A stretch of DNA of 64,000 nucleotides from Nitrosopumilus sp. (lineage in GTDB: Archaea > Thermoproteota > Nitrososphaeria > Nitrososphaerales > Nitrosopumilaceae), in assembly GCA_963667665.2 (NCBI GenBank), contig OY763927.2, forward strand, positions 512,001 through 576,000, given 5' to 3'. This document shows positions 33,422 to 43,119 of the stretch, piece after piece. Within the stretch, counting starts at the first letter, position 1; each line of letters begins with the position of its first letter. The position numbers and the translations under genes were made by a program. Under the pieces are notes generated by a model that was given only the letters and a program-made list of their open reading frames with translations, was not told the DNA's origin and searched no databases.

Positions 33422-34156
33422 TTGAAAAATAAAACAATTCAGATTCAAATTAATGAAAAATATTTGAATCTAGTTCCCAGACCTGAAGATAGTCAGATTA
33501 ATAGTTTGAAAAATTCCATACAAGAAGACGGTCAGCAAGTAAAAATAATTGTAAATTCAAAAGGCATGATTCTTGATGGCCATACAAGATTCATGATTTG
33601 CGATGAACTGGGAATAGTACCAGAATACGTAATCAAGAAATTTGTTTCAATTGAGAAGGAAAAAGAGTTTGTGGTTTCTGCAAATCTAAACAGAAGGCAA
33701 TTGACATTATTTGAACGTGGAGAGATTTTATTCGCCTGGTGGAAAGAAGAGAGACAGCGAAGCAACAGTAAGGGAGGATATGCAACTCATGCAACTAGGA
33801 GAACCGGAGTGACTCATGGTGGCACTGTTACAGGAAAGAAGGAACGGCTTTTACAGAGATTTGCCAGAATTATTGGAACTAATGCAACTAATGCTCATGA
33901 ATTAACTTGGTTAATGCTTCATGCACCTGAAAATACCAAAGTAAAATTAAGAAAAGAAGAGATGACAATTCGTGCTGCTTACATAGAACTTGCAAAGCCC
34001 ATTAGAAAATCCAAACAAGACTATATCAAAGAAGACAGAATCTATCTTAAATATCCAAACTGTCTAAACTGCCAAGCACCTACTGTAGATGTAAAAAATG
34101 ACAATTGTCATGTTCACACAATTCTATGCTGTACTAAATGTGGGTGGGGTAACTAA
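33422..34156 (+). CDS. ParB/Srx-like N-terminal domain protein with C-terminal Zn finger
   Basis: LKNSIQEDGQ..KIIVN...ILDGHTR; SANLNRRQLT; terminal CxxC...CxxH...CCxxC. Confidence 0.8.
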   Translation: MKNKTIQIQINEKYLNLVPRPEDSQINSLKNSIQEDGQQVKIIVNSKGMILDGHTRFMICDELGIVPEYVIKKFVSIEKEKEFVVSANLNRRQLTLFERGEILFAWWKEERQRSNSKGGYATHATRRTGVTHGGTVTGKKERLLQRFARIIGTNATNAHELTWLMLHAPENTKVKLRKEEMTIRAAYIELAKPIRKSKQDYIKEDRIYLKYPNCLNCQAPTVDVKNDNCHVHTILCCTKCGWGN

Positions 34157-34614
34157 TGTCAAAGACACAACTAGAACCACGAATAAACGCAGCTTATTAT
34201 GATTTCATACCTAGACCAAATCAAGAAGACAGAAAAAAACTAAAAAACTACAACTTGTCACATTCTACATTTGATAGTTTTAATTCAATATATTCTGAAC
34301 TTGGAAAAATAATATCCTACAGGATCATGCCCAATTGCAAACATGAAACTCTTCTTAAGGTGCTAAAACAACTAACAATTGACGTAAACAAAAACAAGGA
34401 GCGCATACTTGATGAAGAAATTTTCAAAGTTTTAGAAAAAACAGGAAAGCCAATGACAGGTCAGGCAATCACATATGAAATCAATTCAGTTTATGGTTTT
34501 CCAATAAGAAAAGTTTCTGATGTCAACATCACACTTTCTGGAAATCGTAAGGTGTTTGAGAGTGATCAATATTTGACAAAATGGTATCTGAAAAACTGGA
34601 TCAAATCACAATGA
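34156..34614 (+). CDS. Chimeric-looking protein: ParB-like first ~30 aa followed by a wHTH-like domain
   Basis: INAAYYDFIPRPNQEDRKKLKN parallels INEKYLNLVPRPEDSQINSLKN of the previous gene. Confidence 0.55.
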   Translation: MSKTQLEPRINAAYYDFIPRPNQEDRKKLKNYNLSHSTFDSFNSIYSELGKIISYRIMPNCKHETLLKVLKQLTIDVNKNKERILDEEIFKVLEKTGKPMTGQAITYEINSVYGFPIRKVSDVNITLSGNRKVFESDQYLTKWYLKNWIKSQ

Positions 34615-34955
34615 GTTTACAGAAATTCAACCCTAGTATTTACAAAATACTAGAACAAGAAGCAAAAAAACTACCGAAAACATCATGTGATTGCCCATGC
34701 CATGAATATGGATTGTTCCATCATAATCCCTGTTTGAGTATTTTATCCAATTTACAATGTCTTGAATGTAAATGCAAACCCATACCATTCAACGCTAGTG
34801 AAATAACAATCTTACAAAGTCATGTTAAAAAATACTGGAAAAAATTAAATGGTTATGCAAATAACATGGTTGTTTCATCATATCCAGATTGGATTGGAGA
34901 AGACATAATATTCATGAGAGTTTTGCTTGAAGCAAAATTAAACAATTTATTATAA
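34611..34955 (+). CDS. Cys-rich hypothetical protein
   Basis: CDCPCH...CLECKC; ATGA overlap with the previous gene. Confidence 0.6.
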   Translation: MSLQKFNPSIYKILEQEAKKLPKTSCDCPCHEYGLFHHNPCLSILSNLQCLECKCKPIPFNASEITILQSHVKKYWKKLNGYANNMVVSSYPDWIGEDIIFMRVLLEAKLNNLL

Positions 34956-34995
34956 CCCCGAACCGATAACCGGATAAAAGATCATACCAAAAAAT

Positions 34996-35865
34996 TTGAA
35001 TCACCTGACTACAATAATTGAAGATGCTACAACAGGTGAGCAAATATGCGCTTGTTGTGGAATGATATTAGATGAAAAACCCAACATTCGTGGAATATCC
35101 CGTATTGAGAACCATGAGAACATCCACTGGAAAAATACCATTCAGCATCATCATGACTATGCACTAGGAAGTATCGCAGACACAAATGACAAGAATTCAA
35201 GAAACATCAACCTATGGCAAAACAGACTCAGGGCATCAAACAGTTTGGAGAGAAGAATCTATAGTAATTTCATCGAACTAGAAAATATTTTTGCCAAAAA
35301 ACAGGTTCCCAACACAATCAAAAAAATAACACACTACTTGAGTAGAAAGGCAAGCAAATCTGGAATTGATATAGGCTCTAGAAAAGAAATGTTTCAGGCA
35401 GTCTTGTTGTATTTTGCTTTTGAATTATCACAAAATAAATACCCACGAAGACAATTCATTAGAGATTATACGTTAAAGACAAAAACATTCAACAAATATG
35501 TCTGGCTGATCAAAGAAGAATTCAAGATAATCTCAAACTATGAAGACATTTCAAACAAACTATTATACAGACATGCAACAAATTTGAAATTTCCAAAAAA
35601 GACAACAACTCTTGCAAATGCAATAATTGAGCATGCAAGAAAAAAGTATCTGTTGTCTGGAAAAGATATTGGAGGAATAGTTGCTACTGCACTATATATT
35701 GCATATTATTCCACATCAAAGAGAAAACCAAAGATAAATGAAATCATTGCCAAAGAATGCGGTACCAGCATAGCATCAATGAACTACATAAGAAGACAAT
35801 GGTCTGAGATACTTGAAATTCTCAATCTACGAAAACAAGTAGTCAATAATTGCAAATTTATTTAG
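34996..35865 (+). CDS. tfb: Transcription initiation factor IIB (TFB) homolog, divergent
   Basis: IIEDATTGEQICACCGMIL ribbon, WQNRLR linker, two cyclin repeats (GKDIGGIVATALYIA, IAKECGTS). Confidence 0.85.
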   Translation: MNHLTTIIEDATTGEQICACCGMILDEKPNIRGISRIENHENIHWKNTIQHHHDYALGSIADTNDKNSRNINLWQNRLRASNSLERRIYSNFIELENIFAKKQVPNTIKKITHYLSRKASKSGIDIGSRKEMFQAVLLYFAFELSQNKYPRRQFIRDYTLKTKTFNKYVWLIKEEFKIISNYEDISNKLLYRHATNLKFPKKTTTLANAIIEHARKKYLLSGKDIGGIVATALYIAYYSTSKRKPKINEIIAKECGTSIASMNYIRRQWSEILEILNLRKQVVNNCKFI

Positions 35866-35872
35866 AAAAAAA

Positions 35873-36160
35873 TTGTTTCCTGATCAAATCATAATAATTA
35901 AAGAATTTATCTTGAAATTTGATTCTATTCAAAATCATATCATTGAATTTGTCCGTAAGAATCGACTGTATGAGAAAGGAGTGGAAAATAAGCAGTGCTG
36001 TACTGGAATTCATTGTATGAAAATTGGACAGACTGCATATGTCTTCAATGGAGAGCCATTTGGTTTGAAGAGTGTTTATTGCTCTAACTTGGAATGTTTC
36101 CTAGAAAATCTGAATTCTGAATCTGTCAAAAAATTTCGTGAATCAATAAAGAAAAAATGA
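35873..36160 (+). CDS. Hypothetical Cys-containing protein
   Basis: 95 aa ORF in the operon. Confidence 0.5.
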   Translation: MFPDQIIIIKEFILKFDSIQNHIIEFVRKNRLYEKGVENKQCCTGIHCMKIGQTAYVFNGEPFGLKSVYCSNLECFLENLNSESVKKFRESIKKK

Positions 36161-36369
36161 AAATAGCAATAGATTTTGATGGCGTACCATCAAATACAAT
36201 AAAAAATAGCATCCATAGTAAAACCAGAAGAACTTTTCTCAAATATCGTTCATTAGTGATTTCTCATTTGACAACTGCTACTTTAGATGAATTTGCATTG
36301 AAACAAAACGTACAAAATTTTTGTGAATATGTGGACAGGTTGACAAATGAACGATTATTAAATCCATGA
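36157..36369 (+). pseudogene. Truncated HAD-superfamily (nucleotidase-like) remnant
   Basis: Starts MKIAIDFDGV (HAD motif I) but is only 70 aa. Confidence 0.5.
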
Positions 36370-36394
36370 TCAAAGAAAATAATAAAAACTAATT

Positions 36395-37156
36395 TTGCAA
36401 AAACAAAACAATTACACAAGAAGCTCAATGTTGTACTGGTATCCTAAAATAAAGTACTTGCCAATACCTCAACCTCAAACAGAAATCATACAAATCCCAT
36501 TTGAGAAATTCATTAAATTGATTAATGGCAATTCCACACTATCAGAGTATACAGAACAATTCTCGCAAATCATGGAATTATTAGAGCCATTTCCAATATT
36601 TCTTAGAACTGACAACTCCTCTCAAAAGCATTCCTTCAAGAAAACATGCAGGCTTCCAAATGAATCATCATTATTTGGACACATTTTGGAACTAGTAGAT
36701 TCCAACATGGCCTCAGATTTGACAGATAATGCCCTGGTGTTTAGAAAATGGCTTGATTTGGATGCGGGATTTTTTGCATTTGATGGCCTACCGATTAATG
36801 TTGAGGCACGAGTGTTCATTAATGATAGTGTGATACAGTGCATTCACCCATACTGGCCTGAAGATGCCATAGAATCATGGTTAAACCAAAGAGAATCCTT
36901 TGAGAATCACTTTGGTGAGAAACTACCGGGTACAATTAATAATTCATGGAGGAGAATCCTCAAATCCCAAAATAAGATAGTAGAAGAATCAACTTTAATT
37001 CTAAAAAAATACACAAAACTAATCATAGATTCAATTGGTAAAGATTACTGGAGTGTTGACTTTGCATTAGGTAGAGATGGACGATGGTATCTAATAGACA
37101 TGGCTGCAGGTGAAGTGTCATATCATCCTGACTGCAAATTTGTAATGAATAATTAA
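36395..37156 (+). CDS. Putative ATP-grasp fold protein (R2K-like)
   Basis: PIFLRTD..SQKH, LVFRKW, EARVFI, WSVDFA....WYLIDM. Confidence 0.6.
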   Translation: MQKQNNYTRSSMLYWYPKIKYLPIPQPQTEIIQIPFEKFIKLINGNSTLSEYTEQFSQIMELLEPFPIFLRTDNSSQKHSFKKTCRLPNESSLFGHILELVDSNMASDLTDNALVFRKWLDLDAGFFAFDGLPINVEARVFINDSVIQCIHPYWPEDAIESWLNQRESFENHFGEKLPGTINNSWRRILKSQNKIVEESTLILKKYTKLIIDSIGKDYWSVDFALGRDGRWYLIDMAAGEVSYHPDCKFVMNN

Positions 37157-37609
37157 ATGAAGATTCTCCAAGTTCCAATTTTGTATTGTTTCAGATGTAA
37201 AAACAAATTCACTCCAAAAATTAATGCTGTGGATGAATCAATTGTAATACCCAAGGCATGCCCAAACAGACATTGTCGTTCCCAAACATGGAACATTCCT
37301 GATTCAGAACTAGATATGATTAGAAAGACTCAGAATCGTAATTTACTATTATCCCAAAGGTCTCACACCGGTATAAAGAAAAAGATTCTAGTACTTGATA
37401 AATACACACCAAAAAAATCAGAAAAAAAACCATCAGTGATATGCCTTGACTGTGAGTTATTCTTTCATGATCTAGATGGTTTGAAAGCACATCGACATAG
37501 AAGGCATCATGGAATGTGTATGAAATGCCATGCAAGTAATGTATATGTGATTAGAGTGAATAATACTGCAATTTGTAAAATCTGTTTTGAATCAAAGAAA
37601 AATGGGTGA
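37157..37609 (+). CDS. Multi Zn-finger protein (CxxC ribbons plus C2H2)
   Basis: CFRC...PKACPNRHCRSQTWN; CLDC...LKAHRHRRH; CMKC; CKIC. Confidence 0.7.
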   Translation: MKILQVPILYCFRCKNKFTPKINAVDESIVIPKACPNRHCRSQTWNIPDSELDMIRKTQNRNLLLSQRSHTGIKKKILVLDKYTPKKSEKKPSVICLDCELFFHDLDGLKAHRHRRHHGMCMKCHASNVYVIRVNNTAICKICFESKKNG

Positions 37610-37934
37610 ACAATTTCACACACCTGACGAATCCATGTTAATTCATCTAAAACAATCACTAGTCAAAGAACGTGATTCTACACTGTCTGAAGTTTCTGAT
37701 GACTTTTACCAAAAATTACATGTAGAGATGAAAAATCTCGAAGGTAAAGAATTACAGAATACAAATGATTTACTAAATGAGTTTGTACGAATCAGACACT
37801 CCAAAATAGTCCAGTTCGCATCTGTATTAAAATCAGGAAATATTATAGAAAATAACATGTCTGATGAGGAGAGAGATCTGTTTTTTATGATGCAGTATTG
37901 CACCAAATTGTTCTACAAGAAAATAATTCTGTGA
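37602..37934 (+). CDS. GINS-like subunit (A-domain only)
   Basis: KERDSTLSEVSDDFYQ...RHSKIVQFA...MSDEERDLF matches the archaeal GINS helical-domain pattern. Confidence 0.7.
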   Translation: MGEQFHTPDESMLIHLKQSLVKERDSTLSEVSDDFYQKLHVEMKNLEGKELQNTNDLLNEFVRIRHSKIVQFASVLKSGNIIENNMSDEERDLFFMMQYCTKLFYKKIIL

Positions 37935-37940
37935 TGAAAA

Positions 37941-38162
37941 ATGATGTTTGGGGAGTTTTACAAAATGCCTGACTGGATACTGATTCAAACTAATTTCCCA
38001 AACAAATGTGTAGAATGTGAAGAACAAATTGATATTGGAGATTCTGCATACTGGAAAAAGGGAATTGGTCTGAAATGCTATCCTGAATGTGCAGCAGGAT
38101 TTACAGAAGACAAATCAGAACTAGTAATAATAGATGGTGACTTTGAGGATTATCTGAAATGA
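37941..38162 (+). CDS. Small Zn-finger protein
   Basis: KCVECEEQIDIGD...W.......CYPEC. Confidence 0.6.
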   Translation: MMFGEFYKMPDWILIQTNFPNKCVECEEQIDIGDSAYWKKGIGLKCYPECAAGFTEDKSELVIIDGDFEDYLK

Positions 38163-38872
38163 GTTTCTGGTCACTTGATAGATCATCATACAAAGCATTT
38201 GAAAATACAATCAAAGATGTATTTGGAAAGACAACTGTACAAATCAATATTGTAGATATCTTTAACTCGGGATTTTTGTTGTACAGTGAGCTAGAACCAA
38301 AACCAACAATAACTGTAAACATAAACGACCAATTTTTGTTAAAAATGATGATAAGGCGATTTCTAAGACCCACAATTGAGCACGAGTTTACACATATGTT
38401 TGGCAAGGGAAAATGGAGTTCTGTCACAATAAACTATCCTGAAGCAGTTCCTGCAACGCTGAGAAAAAATGTCTGCGACATACTAAATAATGACCTTCAA
38501 TCCTTGATTAATTGTTGCCTGTGTGTATCTCAGCAGAAACTTGCGATACACTACTTGGATTTTGAATTTGAGAAATTATTATATTCGTTAAGAAATGACA
38601 ATGGATTACTAAGAGCGTCAGTTCTTATCAGATTGGGTTACTTGACTGCCATTGGAAACCATACAAATTTGCAAAAACCACTGGGACATGTAGCATCAAA
38701 AATAATAACTGATTTTTTTGATGGTATAATTATGGAGAGGGCAAAAAATATCTTTGAGTGTGTATGTCAGCATGATTACAATAAGGAGGTTCAAGTTGAC
38801 TTGGCTTTACTATGTTTTGAGCTTGACGAATCCATACACCATCAGAAAAACTATCTCATCACAAAGGAATAA
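38159..38872 (+). CDS. Hypothetical protein with a HExxH metallopeptidase-like motif
   Basis: TIEHEFTHMF. Confidence 0.55.
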   Translation: MSFWSLDRSSYKAFENTIKDVFGKTTVQINIVDIFNSGFLLYSELEPKPTITVNINDQFLLKMMIRRFLRPTIEHEFTHMFGKGKWSSVTINYPEAVPATLRKNVCDILNNDLQSLINCCLCVSQQKLAIHYLDFEFEKLLYSLRNDNGLLRASVLIRLGYLTAIGNHTNLQKPLGHVASKIITDFFDGIIMERAKNIFECVCQHDYNKEVQVDLALLCFELDESIHHQKNYLITKE

Positions 38873-38949
38873 AGAATGACATTGATGAATTTGATCTGTT
38901 GTACTATTGATAAAAAGTTATTTTAAGATCTTGTATACTATATCTTATA

Positions 38950-39168
38950 ATGAGTTCAGTTATGAATAAAAAAACATACACCGTATTAATTGAGCAAGAT
39001 GAAGACGGAATGTATGTTGCCAAAGTTCCAGATATAATGGGTTGTCATACACAAGGAAAGACTATCTCCGAGGCTATGAGTAGGATAAAAGAGGCAATCA
39101 AAGTTTGCAGTAATGATAAAGTTGAACCCTTGAAATTTGTTGGAATACAACAAATCCAGACAGAGTAA
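38950..39168 (+). CDS. hicB: HicB family antitoxin (short form)
   Basis: YTVLIEQDEDGMYVAKVPDIMGCHTQGKTISEA. Confidence 0.9.
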   Translation: MSSVMNKKTYTVLIEQDEDGMYVAKVPDIMGCHTQGKTISEAMSRIKEAIKVCSNDKVEPLKFVGIQQIQTE

Positions 39169-39398
39169 TGAAACTAAATCTAATCTCTGGTAGAAATATG
39201 TGCAAGATACTTGAAAAGTCTGGCTTTAAGAAAATTAACCAAGTTGGAAGCCATATCAGATATGTTCATCAAAACGGATACAAGACAGTAGTCCCAGTTC
39301 ATGGAAATGAATTGTTGGGACGTGGGTTGATTAATGAAATCCTAAAACAATCAAATATCTCTAGAGATGATTATGAATTGCTAAGACAAAAAATATGA
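39168..39398 (+). CDS. hicA: HicA family mRNA interferase toxin
   Basis: GF...QVGSHIRY...TVVPVHG..LGRGLINEILKQ. Confidence 0.9.
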   Translation: MKLNLISGRNMCKILEKSGFKKINQVGSHIRYVHQNGYKTVVPVHGNELLGRGLINEILKQSNISRDDYELLRQKI

Positions 39399-39420
39399 GA
39401 AAACTTTTGATATTATAATT

Positions 39421-41091
39421 ATGACATTTTTAGATAACTTTCCACTACAGTACACTCCACGAGATACTCAAAAAGACGTGATTACACAAATTGAATCTGC
39501 TATATCATCAGGGTACAAAAACATCCTGCTTTGTGTCCCAACTGGAGTTGGTAAATCCCACATTGGAGTGACTGTTGCAAAATCCTTGGGAACATCATTT
39601 GTTATCACAGCGCAAAAGATTCTACAAGACCAGTATACTGATGACTTTGCATTTATTTATTCCATGAAGGGCAAGTCTAATTTCCCATGTATCAACCTGT
39701 ATGATACATCACAGATTTCATATGATATGGCAAGAAATGATCCTCAACTATTATGTAATATGGGACAGTGCTCGTGGGAGGAAAACGTAGGTGGAAAAAA
39801 GAAGACCATATACTGTAAACACAAGCCAAAGTTAGAGTCATTTACCAAACACAACATGAGAACAGAGCAAGAAAAAATAGCAGAACCCGACGAGCAAAAA
39901 TGCTATTACTATAACCAGAAATTCCAGGCATTGCTCTCAACTCACGCGCTATTCAACTATGCATCATACTTTCAAACCAGACTGTACCCACAAGGAATTG
40001 AAGAACTATTGAATAGAGACTGTATCATTGCAGATGAGGCACACGAGATTGAAGATCAAATTATTGGATACATCGGCTATGACATCAGACCCAAAACACT
40101 AGAGGATGTCAGGATGAATTTACATGATTACATCACAAACACAACTGATGGAGTCTTGGAATTGCTAGATATTTTAGGTGATGAGTATACAAGAGAAATA
40201 AGAAGGCTGCAAAATGCAGAAGACAAACGATATCAGACCTACAAGAAAAGGCGTGATAAGATTGATGATATAAAATATGAAATCAAGGATAATCCCGATA
40301 ACTTTGTAATCCAGGAGAATAAAGATGTCTCAGGGGACATCACATCCATATCAATCAAGCCAATAAGTATAGGAAAATACACAAAGCAGTTCTTTGATAG
40401 ACCGACTCAGATTTTCATGAGTGCTACAATTAACAAGATGATGTTTTGCAGAACCATGTCAATTCCTGAAGAACAGTGTGCATACATTGAGGTGGAACAG
40501 TCTCCATTCCCTGTGGGTCATAGAACAATACAATTTCATAATATTAGAAAACTAAACTATCATTCCACTGAGGATGATTACAATACAGTGTATGAAAAGG
40601 CAAAAGAGATTCTCAAGTTTTACGATAAAGAAAAAGGTTTGATTCTCACCACTACAAAAAAACACTGCTCAGATATTGCAGAAAAGTTGGGATGCAGGAT
40701 AGTAATTGCACATGAAGGAGTGCAAGGAAAGAGAGAAAAGATTCTAGAATTGCACAAAAATACAAAAAAGCCTGACGTGTTAGTATCCCCATCATTTTGG
40801 TATGGTGTGGACCTCAAAGATGATTTGTCAAGATTTCAGATTATTCTCAAGGCACCATATCCATCAATGGCAGACAAGAGAACCAAAGTAAAATCAGAGC
40901 GTGACCCATTATGGTATCAAAATAAGGCATTGGAGAAATTGTTACAGGGTTTTGGTAGGTCTATTCGAAGCGAGAATGACTATGCAGAGACTCATGTACT
41001 AGATGAGTCGTGTTATACCTTACTATCCAAGATGAGGCGATTTGTTCCAAAGGCGTACTGGGATTCATTGGGATGGAATGATGACTGCTAG
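39421..41091 (+). CDS. DinG/XPD (Rad3)-like SF2 helicase
   Basis: PRDTQ Q-motif, PTGVGKS, DEAH, MSAT, GVD, QGFGRSIRS; Cys residues that could bind an FeS cluster. Confidence 0.9.
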   Translation: MTFLDNFPLQYTPRDTQKDVITQIESAISSGYKNILLCVPTGVGKSHIGVTVAKSLGTSFVITAQKILQDQYTDDFAFIYSMKGKSNFPCINLYDTSQISYDMARNDPQLLCNMGQCSWEENVGGKKKTIYCKHKPKLESFTKHNMRTEQEKIAEPDEQKCYYYNQKFQALLSTHALFNYASYFQTRLYPQGIEELLNRDCIIADEAHEIEDQIIGYIGYDIRPKTLEDVRMNLHDYITNTTDGVLELLDILGDEYTREIRRLQNAEDKRYQTYKKRRDKIDDIKYEIKDNPDNFVIQENKDVSGDITSISIKPISIGKYTKQFFDRPTQIFMSATINKMMFCRTMSIPEEQCAYIEVEQSPFPVGHRTIQFHNIRKLNYHSTEDDYNTVYEKAKEILKFYDKEKGLILTTTKKHCSDIAEKLGCRIVIAHEGVQGKREKILELHKNTKKPDVLVSPSFWYGVDLKDDLSRFQIILKAPYPSMADKRTKVKSERDPLWYQNKALEKLLQGFGRSIRSENDYAETHVLDESCYTLLSKMRRFVPKAYWDSLGWNDDC

Positions 41092-41211
41092 TTTCAAAAA
41101 TAAAGAAAACTCTCAAAAATAAAACAAATCAGAATTCCTAGCGGTAAGAATTAGATCATTTCCATGAATTATTGAATAATCTAATGAAAAATTTTACTAC
41201 CCAGAATCTTT

Positions 41212-41631
41212 TTGACTGACTGCAAGCGCTGTAACATTACTCTTACTTTTGAGAATAACAAATGCTTTGATGTTAATGGAATTCCTCATAATATTAGAAA
41301 ATGCAAGACTATACCAGGATATGTTTGGTGTCCTACACATTTTGAGAAATTCTCAAAAAGACATCCATGTGAGCATTATGTACAATATGGTTATGAACCT
41401 GATTCTAATGAGGAATTTTTCATCAAATTAATCAATGAGCACTATCAAAAAGGTGACTGGTTCACAAGAAGAAACCGCATGAAAAAAAGTGGTGAGAAGA
41501 TGAAAAAATCTATCTGTACCAAATGTAATACACCGATACACAATATGACAGAACCACAACAAAAAATACATGAACAAATGCACAAAAACAAAGAAAAACA
41601 CCAGAATACATTACCATCATTTTTTAATTGA
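41212..41631 (+). CDS. Cys/His-rich hypothetical protein
   Basis: 139 aa ORF with several CxxC/H motifs. Confidence 0.55.
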   Translation: MTDCKRCNITLTFENNKCFDVNGIPHNIRKCKTIPGYVWCPTHFEKFSKRHPCEHYVQYGYEPDSNEEFFIKLINEHYQKGDWFTRRNRMKKSGEKMKKSICTKCNTPIHNMTEPQQKIHEQMHKNKEKHQNTLPSFFN

Positions 41632-42083
41632 GTCAAAAATCAATTACAGTAAGAATAGAAAACATCATCATTTTACATATGATGTATCATTGCATGACTG
41701 TCTCTGATATGGTTTATCATGTACAAAACAAGTATCCTGGAATTCCAGATGATGTAATTACTGAAACTGTAAAAATGATGATTGAGGAAAATATCATTAG
41801 AGTATATGCTACTATTAACAATGTAGACTTTTATTCTCATTCCAAAAATCCAAAGCTAGTACAAAAAATCTGGATATATCTAATACAGATGAACTATTCT
41901 GCAACATATGATGATGTGATTGATGCATTTGGCATGACTGCCAAGCAAGACATTGCAGAAGCAATAGGAATAATGGTTGCAAAAAATATCATAGTAAAAA
42001 ATGGCGATTCAATAAAATTGTCTGCAATTGAGCAAAAAAATATTCTACACAATGATACAACATTAAAGTTCTTGTTGAAATAA
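41628..42083 (+). CDS. Putative tandem winged-helix protein
   Basis: Two ~70-aa wHTH-like repeats. Confidence 0.5.
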   Translation: MSQKSITVRIENIIILHMMYHCMTVSDMVYHVQNKYPGIPDDVITETVKMMIEENIIRVYATINNVDFYSHSKNPKLVQKIWIYLIQMNYSATYDDVIDAFGMTAKQDIAEAIGIMVAKNIIVKNGDSIKLSAIEQKNILHNDTTLKFLLK

Positions 42084-42170
42084 AATAACTGAACAAACAT
42101 GTATTCATATTTTTAGAAATGGGTAGAAATTCTAGCGCATTTGTGGTTTTTTAGTTAGATAAAATTTGAA

Positions 42171-42875
42171 TTGTTAGATCTTTTTAGAATATTGTTATCT
42201 CCAGAGTTTTTATGGATACCTGGTATGATATGTTGTGTAATTGCGATGAGTGATAATTTTGGAAAACGTACCAGGACTATCTCTCTCCTAATTGCAGCAA
42301 TTATAGCGACATCCATTATTTCACAAAATGACTATATCGGGATAAATGCAATTGAGAATCTATATGAGAATAACAAAGATCATATTCTGTTTGATCTGTT
42401 GACAATAGTTGGTGCCATTGGATTTATTGTAATTCCTACCATCGGGATAATTCCAGCTATCATGCTTGTATTTTTTGTAAGAGATAAGATACAGAAAAAG
42501 AAACTTTTTGTATCCTTGCTGAAAAATTCAAAATTATGTCCTGGGGGTGTGATGTACTTTGATGTGAAATATTCAGGTAGTATGACTATGGGATTTTTTA
42601 CTGCAGATATAATCAACCATTTTGATGATTATTCCATAAAGTCAAAACATTACAATGATGCAAAACAATGCGGTACCCTTTCAGGAAAAGACGCCAGTTC
42701 TGGACTAAGGTGGAATATTCCTGATGATCTTATCCCAGGAAAATGCAAAGTTATCATAAAGGCAAGATGCACGATAAAATTATTTGGATTCTTTTTTCCA
42801 GTATCATATACTCTAAAGGAGCAAGAGTTGGAATGTATGATTTATGAAATGCCACAAGACAATGAAACTTTTTAA
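42171..42875 (+). CDS. Membrane protein with a soluble beta-rich C-terminal domain
   Basis: Three hydrophobic segments in the N-terminal half. Confidence 0.6.
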   Translation: MLDLFRILLSPEFLWIPGMICCVIAMSDNFGKRTRTISLLIAAIIATSIISQNDYIGINAIENLYENNKDHILFDLLTIVGAIGFIVIPTIGIIPAIMLVFFVRDKIQKKKLFVSLLKNSKLCPGGVMYFDVKYSGSMTMGFFTADIINHFDDYSIKSKHYNDAKQCGTLSGKDASSGLRWNIPDDLIPGKCKVIIKARCTIKLFGFFFPVSYTLKEQELECMIYEMPQDNETF

Positions 42876-42904
42876 AGACTATAATCATACAAATATCATA
42901 AACC

Positions 42905-43014
42905 CATCAGGGATGGGATTCGAACCCATGAAACCGAGGCACTCGATTAGAGATTTTCAATCTCTCGCTATACCGCTATATCGCTATATCGCTATACCGC
43001 TAAGCGACCCTGAC
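42905..43014 (-). tRNA. Atypical tRNA: type II (Ser-like) body, GAA anticodon, 24-nt tandem expansion in the D arm; possibly a pseudogene
   Basis: Minus strand: GTCAGGG/CCCTGAT acceptor, AGAGA-TTGAAAA-TCTCT anticodon arm, AATCGAG/CTCGGTT variable arm, ATGGG-TTCGAAT-CCCAT T arm, G73. Confidence 0.75.
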
Positions 43015-43119
43015 GAGTTTATTATTATTCATCATCATTAAAAGTATAACATTAAACACGAACCAGTCAAATTTTTATCAAAATATTTTATTTCTGAAAA
43101 ATTCTAAAACAAAATTATA

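Noticed and set aside
42844-43041. 65-aa plus-strand ORF
   Set aside because: Antisense reading of the tRNA-like gene.
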